Shown piece by piece: positions 51,285-61,847 of a stretch of DNA of 64,000 nucleotides. Made by a program: the position numbers and the translations under genes. Source of the stretch: Limnochordia bacterium (GTDB lineage Bacteria; Bacillota; Limnochordia; DTU080); contig JBMNJG010000007.1 of NCBI GenBank assembly GCA_050951545.1, forward strand, positions 576,001 through 640,000, read 5' to 3'. Numbering within the stretch: the first letter of the stretch is position 1; the number at the start of each line of letters is the position of its first letter. Under the pieces are notes generated by a model. It was not told where the DNA came from. It worked only from the letters and a program-made list of their open reading frames with translations, and searched no databases.

Positions 51285-52496
51285 TCACGCATATTTCTCG
51301 GCTGCTTCAATCGCCAGCCGGGTCCACACATGCAGGCGGTCCTGGTTGCCAGCGAGGGTCTGCAGTTCTCGTAGCACAACCTGGACGTAGCAGCCCTGTA
51401 GCTGCCGCAGCCCTTCGTCCAAGTCATGTCTGAGTGCGGCTTCGTCGGGGGCAAACACGACCGTACTGGCCTTCTGACGCCACATGATGACGTGTTCGGT
51501 GCCGACGCGTTCAATGACCGTCGGCAGATCAGTCCAGGCGCTGCAGACAAAAATGCGGAGGTTGGGGATAGCCAGCACACCGTCGATCTTGTGGGTGAGG
51601 TTTTCGCAGCAGCCGTAACCGACGAGACCGAACTTCTCGAAGATGGGCAGTTGATAGTTGAGGCAGAACTCTTGCCACATTTGCGGGGAAACCTGATCGA
51701 ACTCTTGGCTGTTAGCCATCACCCACAGGTTCTTGTAGGTTACAGGCTCACCAGGTGGCGAGGGAGCAATGGGGGCGCTACAGGTCATAGGCCCAGTGTT
51801 GTTGGGAGTAAGCAAGCCAGTTGCCTCCACTTGACGCATGCTTTGCAGCACTCCGTCTCTCAGATGACTCATCAGGCGATGCATCAAGTGAGGGGCGTCG
51901 ATCATGTCTAGCATCATCTGGGTGAGGCCGCGCAGATAGGCAGCGGGGTTACATAGGGTAGCCGTAAGGGGCGGTGCGCACACCAATCTGACGGGCAGGA
52001 TGTCACCAAGAAGGTCATGGGCTCGTGACAGGTTGATCTGGGTCCGTTTCTCGTTGAAGGTCAGGCGGGGCAGACGTAGTTTGGCGAAGTCTTCTTCCGT
52101 CTGTAGAGGAGGATCGTAAGCCCAGGCACCGTCCTCTTCCGCGGGCCTTGTTTGGTGGATGTCGACTCCCCATACATTGGGAGGGTCGTAGCTAAACACG
52201 GCAGAGACCGGAAAGGTGCCCTCCAGAGGGGTATCGTCACCGATCTCCAACTTGATGATTTCCATGCGTAGGTGGCGTTCAATGGTGCGGAGCCAAGGTT
52301 CGCTGCACAGCAGAGCGTCTTCAGGCAGAAGCTCCTTCCAAGCGCCAACTGGCCTGCACCACACAGGTGGCCGGTCGGGTTTGCGCAACGCGTTCACATC
52401 ACGCCAACGCTGACAGATCGTGGCGTTTCTAGGACTGGCCGCAGCTTCGGCCAGGCGTTGCGCCAGAGCGCGCAGATAGGAACGTTCGTCTTGCAT
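51285..52496 (-). CDS. Uroporphyrinogen decarboxylase/methyltransferase-like TIM-barrel protein
   Basis: LRGLTQMMLDM, SQEF..VSP.MW.EF and YGCCE motifs; ATG with GGAGG RBS. Confidence 0.7.
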   Translation of the reverse strand: MQDERSYLRALAQRLAEAAASPRNATICQRWRDVNALRKPDRPPVWCRPVGAWKELLPEDALLCSEPWLRTIERHLRMEIIKLEIGDDTPLEGTFPVSAVFSYDPPNVWGVDIHQTRPAEEDGAWAYDPPLQTEEDFAKLRLPRLTFNEKRTQINLSRAHDLLGDILPVRLVCAPPLTATLCNPAAYLRGLTQMMLDMIDAPHLMHRLMSHLRDGVLQSMRQVEATGLLTPNNTGPMTCSAPIAPSPPGEPVTYKNLWVMANSQEFDQVSPQMWQEFCLNYQLPIFEKFGLVGYGCCENLTHKIDGVLAIPNLRIFVCSAWTDLPTVIERVGTEHVIMWRQKASTVVFAPDEAALRHDLDEGLRQLQGCYVQVVLRELQTLAGNQDRLHVWTRLAIEAAEKYA

Positions 52497-52604
52497 GCCG
52501 GGTACCTCCAGACCATGTGCTCGCCGAGAGTAGACGCTGTTCATGTGTGGTCCATGACCTCTGCTCGCCTGTTCTACTCGTTCAGGGCAATTCCTGTCAA
52601 TCAC

Positions 52605-53100
52605 CCAACGTTGATGCGGGACTCGGAGCGCTTCAAGGTCAAGAAGCACGAGGAGCGCACGGTAGAAACGGCGATAGGCCAGAGTGTGCGCTTTCGCCGG
52701 CGGCAGTACTTTGACTGCAAGAAGAACAAGTACGTGTTCCTGCTGGATGAGGCGCTCAGCCTAGAGCCCTACAAGCAGATCAGCCCGCTGTTGGCAGAAA
52801 CGCTCCTGGAGATGGCCGTTAACACCTCGGCCTACCGGAAGGCGGCTGATAGCCTGGAGGCGATTCAGGGGCATCGGGTCGTCAGCCACGAGACGGTGCG
52901 TCAGAGGGTCCTAGAGGCTGGTGAGCGTCTACAGGATGCCCAGGATGCAGAACTGGCCGATCCATGCGGAAAGGGTCGTGTGCCCGTCCTGTTCCTTGAG
53001 GTAGACGGGTTGTGGGTTCACCTTCAGCAGCAGCAGCGGAAGTCAACTGAAGAGAAGATGCTGACGGTGCATGAGGGTTGGCAGCCACGTTACTCGGAGG
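52605..53100 (+). mobile_element. ISLre2-family (UPF0236) transposase fragment
   Basis: RFRRRQY..FLLDEAL..SAYRKAA..VSHETV..LFLEVDGLWV..VHEGW; truncated at both ends. Confidence 0.8.
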
Positions 53101-53159
53101 GAAAGTCTGGTGGCTCCGTCGCGAATGACTGGCTTTTGTAGTAGAATTGACATATACGC

Positions 53160-55139
53160 GTGGCAGTAAAGGAGCGATGCCTGATGATGCGCAGGGCTTG
53201 TGGTGGTGCGAGTGCCTGGATCCTCGCATTTTTGCTGTGGTGGCCAGTCCCTATCGTAGTTGCCCAGGCCGTTGGTCCTGCTACGCCAGATCGCCCACTA
53301 GACGCAACTGACTTGGAGACGTTCTTTGATGGCCTTATGGCTGCTCACTTCCAAGCCTACCATATTCCCGGGGCTTCAGTGGCCGTAGTCAAGGACGGGG
53401 AGATTCTCCTCGCCAAGGGATATGGCTACGCCGACCTCGACAACGGGACACCTGTTGAGGCCACAAAGACTCTCTTTCGGTTGGGATCGGTTTCGAAACT
53501 GTTCATCTGGACTGCGGTCATGCAACTAGTCGAGCGCGGTCTGCTCGATCTGCATCAGGATATCAATGCATACTTGGCTGATACAGATGTCCGTGTGCCT
53601 CCGGCTTTCTCCGCTCCCATCACCATGGCTCACCTCATGAACCACTCCGCGGGCTTCGAGGATCGAAACATTGGCTTGTTTAGCCGCGACCCCGAGAGTG
53701 TGCGTCCGCTTGGTGAAGTGTTGGCCACCAGGCTCCCCCAGCGTGTACTACCGCCTGGTGAGGTCACTGCCTATTCGAACTACGGGACGGCGCTGGCCGC
53801 CTATGTGGTAGAAGCGATCAGTGGCCTACCTTGGACCACCTATGTGGAGGAAAACATCCTGAAGCCGCTGGGTATGGAGCAGACCACGCCACGACAACCA
53901 GTTCCAGCGCCTCTACAAGACAACCTGGCTGTGGGTTACTACTATAGTCCTGCTTCGGCGGACTATGAGCCGCAACCGTTTGAGTACGTACCTGCAGCTC
54001 CGGCTGGCGCCTTTAGTGCTACGGCCACGGATGCGGCAAGGTTCATGATCGCCCATCTGCAGCTGGGGCAGCTCGACGACGCCCGGATCTTGAAGGCCGA
54101 GACAGCTCAGAGCATGCACAGTGCTAGTCTTCGTCAGGACTCGCGACTGGGTGGTGTAGCTCATGGCTTCCTGGAACGGCCCTACGGCAGGTTACGCACC
54201 ATGGGTCATGGTGGCGATACCTTTGCGTTCCACACGGAGTTGCGTCTGGTACCTTCCCATGATCTGGGCCTCTTTGTCGCCTACAACAGCCCCGATGGCG
54301 CTATGGCTCGCGACCAGTTGGTGCGGGCGTTCTTCGATCGCTATTTCGCTAGCTATGCCAACGAGTCTGTTGAGAGCGGAGACAAAGGGGCGCGAACAGG
54401 CGAGGGCGAGGGGCTGAGTCAGCATGCTGGTGTGTATCGCTCTACGAGGGTGCCTCGCACCACTCTAGACCGGATGATGGAGCTCCTGAGTGTCACTACT
54501 GTTCGGGTCAACCGAGCAGACCCCACTGGCACTTCGCTTCTGGTCGGCTTTGGGCTGGGTAAAGAGCCACTGCAGTTTCGCCAAGTCGACGATGGGGTAT
54601 TCCAGGAGGTTGGGGCTACGGGGCACATCCGGTTTGTCACCGACCAGCAAGGTCAACCGGACAGGCTGCTCATGGGCTCTGTCTGGATGTCAGAGAAGAT
54701 GAGCTGGTACCAGACTCCTGGTGTGCAGTTTGGCATCGTGGTGGCCTGCGCGCTGGCGTTGCTCTCAGCGGTGACCGCATGGTCAGTGGCTGCGCTGCGC
54801 CAGAGACGTCGGGGGCCAGATGCGCAGTGTCTGCAACGAGCGAGGTGGCTCGCTGGGGTCGTGAGCGCTTTGTATCTTATCGTGTTGGTGTCCCTGGTGG
54901 TGGTTCTGAAGGATCCGATGGAACTCGCCTTTGGGGTGCCCAGAGGGCTACGGTTTATGCTTGGCGTAGCCACGCTCGCAGCGCTACTATCGCCAGTAGT
55001 GGCGGTGGTGGCAGTCGTTGTGTGGCGGCATCGCTATGGTAGTTTGGCAAGCCGAGTGCACTACCTACTGGTAGCCTTGGCGAATGTGACACTGGCTTTG
55101 TGGTTCAACCACTGGAACCTTTTTGGGGCTCGTTTCTGA
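53160..55139 (+). CDS. Serine hydrolase (beta-lactamase/AmpC-like) with C-terminal membrane helices
   Basis: SVSK (SxxK), YSN and HGG motifs; four C-terminal TM segments. Confidence 0.9.
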   Translation: MAVKERCLMMRRACGGASAWILAFLLWWPVPIVVAQAVGPATPDRPLDATDLETFFDGLMAAHFQAYHIPGASVAVVKDGEILLAKGYGYADLDNGTPVEATKTLFRLGSVSKLFIWTAVMQLVERGLLDLHQDINAYLADTDVRVPPAFSAPITMAHLMNHSAGFEDRNIGLFSRDPESVRPLGEVLATRLPQRVLPPGEVTAYSNYGTALAAYVVEAISGLPWTTYVEENILKPLGMEQTTPRQPVPAPLQDNLAVGYYYSPASADYEPQPFEYVPAAPAGAFSATATDAARFMIAHLQLGQLDDARILKAETAQSMHSASLRQDSRLGGVAHGFLERPYGRLRTMGHGGDTFAFHTELRLVPSHDLGLFVAYNSPDGAMARDQLVRAFFDRYFASYANESVESGDKGARTGEGEGLSQHAGVYRSTRVPRTTLDRMMELLSVTTVRVNRADPTGTSLLVGFGLGKEPLQFRQVDDGVFQEVGATGHIRFVTDQQGQPDRLLMGSVWMSEKMSWYQTPGVQFGIVVACALALLSAVTAWSVAALRQRRRGPDAQCLQRARWLAGVVSALYLIVLVSLVVVLKDPMELAFGVPRGLRFMLGVATLAALLSPVVAVVAVVVWRHRYGSLASRVHYLLVALANVTLALWFNHWNLFGARF

Positions 55140-55780
55140 AAGTCGTCGACGCACAGCCAGAGTCGACATGTTCGTACTCCGTAAGGGTCACGAGGTCCCC
55201 CTTGATGATAACTCTACTGTGCTCACCTAGCATCGACTGGGTGAGCGCCTTTTGGATGATCCCCTCTTCCCGAAGATCCTGCTCGAGAATCTCCCGTCTG
55301 CATGCTCCGCTATACCTAGCGCTTCTCTCAATTTGCGTCACACGTTCCGTGGTGGCGCCCTGGATTTCTCCGATCTCAGCGAGTGTAAGCGGGGGGCAAC
55401 CTCCCAAGCCCGTGCGCCTCTATCAGGGCGAACTCACTATCTGACAGATCGGCTTGCGCGATATACCCCAGGGAAAGAGACATGAGGTCAAGTAGGCTAT
55501 CACGCCCCGTAACCCCAATAGCTGCTAACTGAGTAAGGGCGGGAGGCGCAGAAAGCTCTCAACGAGATCGTCCCTCACAGATACAATCTCGGCAACAACG
55601 GATTCACGGCCACTGCAAACCACCCTTAGACTCTCGTCGGACAGAGCGACAAAGTCTTCGGGTTTTCGCACGCGGGCATCCAGAACGACTGCAAAAGCAT
55701 CTGGCGTCAGTTCCTGCAGTGCCTCTGCAAAAAGTGTGTCCCGTAGCTGCGAGAGCGCAAGGTTATTGGGCAAGGTAATA
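55140..55780 (-). pseudogene. Remnant of a protein with a sigma70 region-4-like HTH
   Basis: PLTLAEIGEIQGATTERVTQIE in broken ORFs. Confidence 0.4.
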
Positions 55781-55999
55781 CTCCTACATCAGGGATTCTA
55801 AGACATCACCAGCCATATTCGCTCTAGTTCGTGTCTCCGAAACAATTCAAGGTCTGTAAGGCATGTCCTGCATAGCCGTGAAGCGTATGCAGTGCGGGCC
55901 GCAAGGTATGAGCGGACCTATTGAAGAAGGAAAGCCTGTCCAGATTTCTAAATGGGTTCTTGGGTTGCGCACAATATGTATACATGAGGAGGAAAGGAA

Positions 56000-57211
56000 T
56001 TGAATGAACGTATTGAACAGGCGCGTCAAGCTGCACTGGACATTCTGCAGCCGAGCAAGAGGGATCTTGAGCATGGGCTAGAGCTTCATAAAAACTCGCT
56101 CGTATGGGACTCCTATGGCTTTGCCCCGCGTGCGGCGATTGACGGCGATGCGTTGCAGAAGGCCTTGGAGAGCGGTGCTTCAGAGGTAGAGCTTCGCGAC
56201 ATGACTGAAGACATGACGATGACGCGCCAGGTCACCGATCCGGTTGAGCGCCAAGAGTTTAAGGAGGCTTGGGAAGCTGCTGGCGTCACTTGTATCTTCC
56301 AGAACGCCGGAGTAGAAAGCCAAGACCCACTCCAAATCATCAAGCGCTTGTCACGTTTCACATATGCGGCAGACGCAATGGACGAGTTTTTGATCCGGGC
56401 CAGCTTTCCCAGTGACGTTGAGCGAGCCCAGGCAGAGGGTAAGCACTGCTTCTACATGAGTTCCAACGGGGTACCTCTGGCGCAGCAATGGGTCTCTTTA
56501 GAGGAGGAGCTCACCTACATAAAGACGTTCTTCTATTTGGGTCATCGTATGATGCATATGACCTATAACCGGCGCAACATGATCGGTGATGGGTGTGCGG
56601 AATCAGCGAACGCTGGTCTGAGCGACTTTGGTCGAGCAGTCGTTGCTGAGATGAATAGAGTCGGTGTCATCGCTGATGTGGCGCATTCGGGTTGGCGGAC
56701 CAGCAAGGAGGTTGCTGAGGCTTCGTCCAAGCCCATGGTGGCCAGCCACTCGGGATGTGTGGCCGTCAATGAGCACATTCGCTGCAAACCAGACGAAGTG
56801 ATTCGGACGATCGCCGATACAGGCGGGTTCATCGGCATCTGCTGTATACCAGAGTTTCTCGGACGAGGTCAAGACATCCAGGCTCTGCTCGATCACATAG
56901 ATCATGTAGCCAAGAATTTCGGAGTCGATCACGTGGCTATTGGTACCGATGCGGCCTATACGTCTAGGCAGATGGGTGCTGGGTACAAAAAGGTGTCGCG
57001 TCGGCGCCGGGTGCGCAGTATCTGGGAGAGCTTCTGGCCAGAAGGTGCGCTCGGGGGAGCGGTCGACGAGAAAGCACGGCTCAGTCTCTCGTGGACAAAC
57101 TGGCCACTGTTCACTGTTGGCCTCGTTCAGCGGGGCTATTCCGATGATGATATTCAGAAGATCCTTGGTGGTAACGTTTTGCGAGTCGCCAAGGCAGTGT
57201 TAGCGCAGTGA
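56000..57211 (+). CDS. Membrane dipeptidase (peptidase M19)
   Basis: GLSDFGRAVVAEMNRVG..DVAH, ASHS, RCKPD and HVAIGTD motifs. Confidence 0.9.
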   Translation: MNERIEQARQAALDILQPSKRDLEHGLELHKNSLVWDSYGFAPRAAIDGDALQKALESGASEVELRDMTEDMTMTRQVTDPVERQEFKEAWEAAGVTCIFQNAGVESQDPLQIIKRLSRFTYAADAMDEFLIRASFPSDVERAQAEGKHCFYMSSNGVPLAQQWVSLEEELTYIKTFFYLGHRMMHMTYNRRNMIGDGCAESANAGLSDFGRAVVAEMNRVGVIADVAHSGWRTSKEVAEASSKPMVASHSGCVAVNEHIRCKPDEVIRTIADTGGFIGICCIPEFLGRGQDIQALLDHIDHVAKNFGVDHVAIGTDAAYTSRQMGAGYKKVSRRRRVRSIWESFWPEGALGGAVDEKARLSLSWTNWPLFTVGLVQRGYSDDDIQKILGGNVLRVAKAVLAQ

Positions 57212-57262
57212 TTGTTGCATGAGGTTCCCGAAGGGATCTCCAGATAAGAGGGGGTACCACCA

Positions 57263-58555
57263 ATGTCCAAGGGAAAATGGGTCCTGGCCACGGCGGTCTT
57301 GCTTCTTCTCATGTCACTGTCGACCACGGTTTTCGCTGCTGAAACCATAAAGGTGCTGATCTCCTCAGCTGCACTTCATGTTGCTCGTGCTGAGGCCCTG
57401 AGGGCTGGTTTTGAGGAGACACATCCGGGACAAAAGGTAGAGCTGATCCATTCATCGGGAGATCATCACTCCTTCCTTACCGTGCATTTGGCGGCTGGCC
57501 TCGAACTCGATGCCTGGACCGGTTGGCATACGCGCAATCACGAACTGGTGATGAAGGGCGTCGCCCTGGATTTGCGTCCTTATGTTCGACGTGATCTATC
57601 GAAGAAGGATATCGACGATTTCCTGCCGGGGATGTGGGCCTCTACCTACGTCAACTGGGGTGAATACGGGGAAGAGCAGTATGGCCTACCCTACTATATG
57701 AATGTCTGTGGCGTTGCCTACCGGACCGACCTGCCGCTGGAGGCTGGTCTGGCCGATCTGAATGACTTGGATTCCAGGAATCAGTGGACCTGGGGAGCCA
57801 TGCGCGAGTATGCCCGCAAGCTTACCCAGGTCGTAAATGGTGAGACCACCCGTTACGGGCTGCGGATGTCCACAGATGCCACCTACACTGCCCCATGGGT
57901 GTTCGGGATGGGTGGGGCTTTCTTTGACGCCGATGGCAAATGGGTGTTGGGAAGTGAGAAGAGCCTTGAGGGACTGGAATTTGCTCAGCAGATGATCCAT
58001 CAAGATGGCAGCGCGGTTCCCTGGGGTAGGGGACAACAGATCTGGACTGGGGGTGCAGCCATCCAGCAAATGAGCGTCAGCGGCATTATGGACGCCCCGC
58101 AACGTACAGAGTTGCCTATAGACATGGTGCGTCGTCCGGTGAGCCCAATCGGGAAGCGTGTAGAGATCTTCGCTAACGACCAATGGAGCATCAACCGTAG
58201 GTCGACGAGACCTGAGGCTGCTTGGGCCTTCATCAAGTATGCGGCAACTGACGGAGCGCAGGTTCTGGCGGGGTTAGGTACGCCTCCAGCCCGGATCAGT
58301 GCTTTGAAACGTTTCTTCCAGTCGGTGCAGACTCGCAGTGATAGATTCCTTCCCGTGAGCCAAGCTGCCCTGATGGGAGCGGTACTCAATGCGCGGCGGG
58401 CTCTGTTCTTCGACTTTCCCACACATAACGTCATTGAGGTGGAGAATCTCATTGACAGGGAGGTCGTGCAGAGGGCCCTGCACGCAGGCGAGATTCCGTT
58501 GACCACTGCCATCGACGATGTCGGGCGGCGGATCCAGCACTTGCTGCTGCACTGA
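57263..58555 (+). CDS. ABC sugar-binding protein
   Basis: Signal peptide; LDLRPYV, QYGLP, WTW and PEAAWAFIKY motifs. Confidence 0.9.
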   Translation: MSKGKWVLATAVLLLLMSLSTTVFAAETIKVLISSAALHVARAEALRAGFEETHPGQKVELIHSSGDHHSFLTVHLAAGLELDAWTGWHTRNHELVMKGVALDLRPYVRRDLSKKDIDDFLPGMWASTYVNWGEYGEEQYGLPYYMNVCGVAYRTDLPLEAGLADLNDLDSRNQWTWGAMREYARKLTQVVNGETTRYGLRMSTDATYTAPWVFGMGGAFFDADGKWVLGSEKSLEGLEFAQQMIHQDGSAVPWGRGQQIWTGGAAIQQMSVSGIMDAPQRTELPIDMVRRPVSPIGKRVEIFANDQWSINRRSTRPEAAWAFIKYAATDGAQVLAGLGTPPARISALKRFFQSVQTRSDRFLPVSQAALMGAVLNARRALFFDFPTHNVIEVENLIDREVVQRALHAGEIPLTTAIDDVGRRIQHLLLH

Positions 58556-58590
58556 GATTCCCGTACTGGCAAGCAGAGGAGGTAGCAACT

Positions 58591-59880
58591 GTGACAGGTC
58601 AAAGAGCACCAGGAATTGCGGCATTCATCACACTGTGTATGGTTGTGCTAGTGATGGGTGGCGTTGTCGCCCATGCTGCGGACAAGGAAGTCGTGATCTG
58701 GCTGTGGAACGCGCATCTGACGGACCAGTATCAGTCATGGGCGGAAAAAGTGACCACTAGCTTTGAGAAAGAGAATCCAGGGGCCACTCTTAGATTTGAG
58801 TACACTGACAATTGGACCAGTGAGAAGCTGATCGTATCTATCGCCGGTGGAGCTCCTCCTGATGTGAGCCTGGTTTCCATGTCCCGCGCTCGTGGTTTCT
58901 ATGAAGCAGGGATGCTCACAGAGCTCAACGCCTATGTCGACAAGACTCCTCATATGGCGCTCGACAAGTTTCTGCCCAGTGCAGTCCCCTTTATCCAGAA
59001 AGCGGGTAAGATCTACGGTCTTCCCTGGAGCCTAGAGGCGAATGTGGTTCTCTATAACCGTGAGTTTCTCAACGAGGCGGGTCTGGATGACCGGCCCCAG
59101 GCCTTGGGCACTTGGGATAATCTGATCAAATATGGCAGAGTCCTCGTCAAGCGAGACGCGAACCAGGTGGTTCAGCGCAGTGGGATGATCATCAGGGGCG
59201 GTGTCCCGCATTTTGCTGCTTATCTGTACTCGAATGGTGGTCAGTTCTACAATGAGGCAGGTACTGCAGCCGCCTTCAATGACTCTAAGGGCGTGCAAAC
59301 TCTGGAGATGATGGTCAAGTACGCGAGGGAATACGATGTGACGGCAGCTAGGGCCAACTGGTGGAAAGACTTGGCGAATCGGACCGCGGCGATGACGATA
59401 GCGGATACCTCCTCAGTGGATTTCATCCAACCGCTAGCCCCTGACTTTGTTTCATGGATGGGAATGGCTCCTATCCCGCGGGGGCCACAAGGGAAGCGTT
59501 CGTCGACGGCGAGTTGGAGCAATATGTTCTCGGTCCCCCAGGGTGCCAAGAACCCGGACCTCGCTTGGAATTTCATCAAGCTGTGGCTGAAGCCCGACAC
59601 GGTTGTTCAGCATTTCCAGCACTTCGGCGGGCAGAATGTGAACTCGCCACGAAGAGACTTTCTGCAAAGTCACGCCTTCAGAGTGGCCATGCAGGAGATA
59701 CCCTATATGGCGGCGATACCTGAGGTGTTCAACAACGCAGGGCCCTATCCGTTTATTCGCTTTCCCGACATCACGGCTAAGATGGGTCCACTTCTCACTC
59801 GGGCGGAGAGAGGCGAGATGGCGCCAGCAGCTGCTTTGCTGGAGGCTGAGCGCATCGTTAATGCCATTTTGCAGGAGTGA
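58591..59880 (+). CDS. ABC sugar-binding protein
   Basis: IAGGAPPDV, IYGLPW, YNREFL and KNPDLAWNFIK motifs. Confidence 0.9.
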   Translation: MTGQRAPGIAAFITLCMVVLVMGGVVAHAADKEVVIWLWNAHLTDQYQSWAEKVTTSFEKENPGATLRFEYTDNWTSEKLIVSIAGGAPPDVSLVSMSRARGFYEAGMLTELNAYVDKTPHMALDKFLPSAVPFIQKAGKIYGLPWSLEANVVLYNREFLNEAGLDDRPQALGTWDNLIKYGRVLVKRDANQVVQRSGMIIRGGVPHFAAYLYSNGGQFYNEAGTAAAFNDSKGVQTLEMMVKYAREYDVTAARANWWKDLANRTAAMTIADTSSVDFIQPLAPDFVSWMGMAPIPRGPQGKRSSTASWSNMFSVPQGAKNPDLAWNFIKLWLKPDTVVQHFQHFGGQNVNSPRRDFLQSHAFRVAMQEIPYMAAIPEVFNNAGPYPFIRFPDITAKMGPLLTRAERGEMAPAAALLEAERIVNAILQE

Positions 59881-59943
59881 CGCTGCGAGCTGCGTAAGTG
59901 AAGCATGAGATGTTTCCTGACAGTAAATCTGCAGCAAGAAAGA

Positions 59944-59970
59944 GAGAGCCTAGGGTCGCCCTGGGCTCTC
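59944..59970 (-). terminator. Hairpin with pyrimidine tail on the minus strand
   Basis: GAGAGCCTAGGG-TCG-CCCTGGGCTCTC. Confidence 0.6.
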
Positions 59971-60199
59971 GGAGTTTGCCCGAAGGGACGGAAAGATCAG
60001 TATTCATGTTCGCAGCGAATGGTTTGTTCACTGGATCAAGGGATGGAACCCAAATAATCCCGGCTGCCTGCTCTTTTGCCTGGGCGCCTGACCCTACGGG
60101 TGGCTGAGCGTCAGGAACAATAGGTCGATGCCAGGCCCAGAACGCAGAGTCCCCGGGCAAGGGATCCCGGGGACTGCGCGTGTGCAGGTCTTACTCTGG

Positions 60200-61499
60200 T
60201 CACTTCTGACGCTGTTTGGCCATGATGTCGTCAAGGTCTTTCTGGATCGATACGGTGATTTCATCCAGAATCTGTTTGGCGGTTACTTCTTGGCGTACTG
60301 CCTTGTAGACACCAGCGTTGAGTTCATTGTAGTATTTCCCCTGATTGGGCACTGGTGGGCGAGTGTGGCGAGCGCCCTGTAGTATCTCCAGGAAGTGGGC
60401 TGCGATTGGATCTCTGGTCAGGTGCGGAGAAGTCAGTGCAGACTTGAGGCCGGAGAATGCGCCGGAGATCTCGCCATATTTGCGGGTTCCTTTAGGATCC
60501 GCAGTGGCATAGTAGATGAACTCCCACGCCGCGTCCGGGTCTTTGGCCCCCGAAGACATAACAAGCGTGAAGCCACCAATCCAGGTCTGCGGCTCATTCA
60601 CATAGGCCAGATGGTAGGGTAGAGGGCTTAGGCCGAATTCGAGATCAGCGAAGTTGGTGGCAATGTTCCTGGACATGCCCTGATGAGCGCATCGGAATGC
60701 TACTCGTTGCGCTATAAAGGAATCCTGACCACTGGGTAGATTCGCTAGGAGCTGGTTAACTGCCTCAAAGCCGTAGCGTCGCGCAGGGTCTCCCATCCAT
60801 TCCAGAGCCCGGACAACCTGAGGATCGTTGGCTGTGATCTCTCTCCCTTGCAGGATCCCAGAAACTACCACCAAAGGCCCAGCCCCACGTATATATGCTG
60901 TTACCAGCACCGTGGACGTCCCAGGGAACGGTAGTGGTCTGGGTCAGCGTCCCATCGCTGGCAAACTTCGTCAACTTAGGTGCCATCACATCCAGCTGTG
61001 TTATTGTTGTCGGTGGTTGCACACCCGCGTTGTTGAGCATTTCCTTGTTATATACCATCGAGAAGTTGGCGTCGAGGTACAGTGGTAGTGCCCATATGTG
61101 CCCGCCCCAGACGGCCTGATCCCACGACGGTTCGACAAAGTGACTTCTCTTGAGGCCTTTTCTCTCTACCCACTGTGTGAGGGGCTGAATAGCTCCGGAC
61201 GCCGCCCAGCTGGTCGCTAGGGTTCCGTCGGCCCACACAACGTCGGGCCCGGTCCCTGCCGCCAGGTGGAGAAAGAACTTCTCGCCCCGAAAGTCTCCCA
61301 TATGCTCCGGAGTCACTTTGATGTGCGGATGCTCCTCCTCAAATGCGGCGGCCAGTAGGTTCATGCTTTCCCCGCGTGTGTAGTGCCATAGAGTCACCGC
61401 GCGCTCTTCGGCTGCTATAGCTCCCACAGCAGTGAGTAGAGCGCCAACCAAAAGAACAGCCACGAGCAGAAATGGAACAATGCGATGGTTCGGTCTCAC
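60200..61499 (-). pseudogene. ABC sugar-binding protein split by a single frameshift near 60850
   Basis: FGGSFWDPA (ORF 60765-61499) continues as GREITANDP (ORF 60200-60910). Confidence 0.8.
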
Positions 61500-61847
61500 G
61501 GCAATCCTCCTAAAACTAGGCAGGTATGCGTGCGCCTGCCTTTAGTTGTGTAGTGAATTCGGTACTCCACGCATGTTGTCCTGCGACTGTAAGTAATTTA
61601 GTCATGCTGAGGAAAATAGCTAGTGCGACCTAAATATCGCGCATATTGCCTGATGAAGTTCGCCCGCAGCATCTTTCTACCTCTCGTCTTGCCCGTGCGG
61701 AGAGGAAGTGAACGCGGGTTCGTGAAGTTACTGAGGGTAGGGTCTCCCGACGTGACTTGCGCGTTCTGTCAACGCTACAAGCGACGCAGATGAAGCGACT
61801 CCATATCGACGCGTAGCGAATAGGGATTGCGGAAGGAGGACGAGGAC

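Noticed and set aside
60015-60030. CAAACCATTCG on the minus strand resembling a c-di-GMP-I riboswitch
   Set aside because: The GAAA tetraloop, the GCAAA segment and the second stem are absent.
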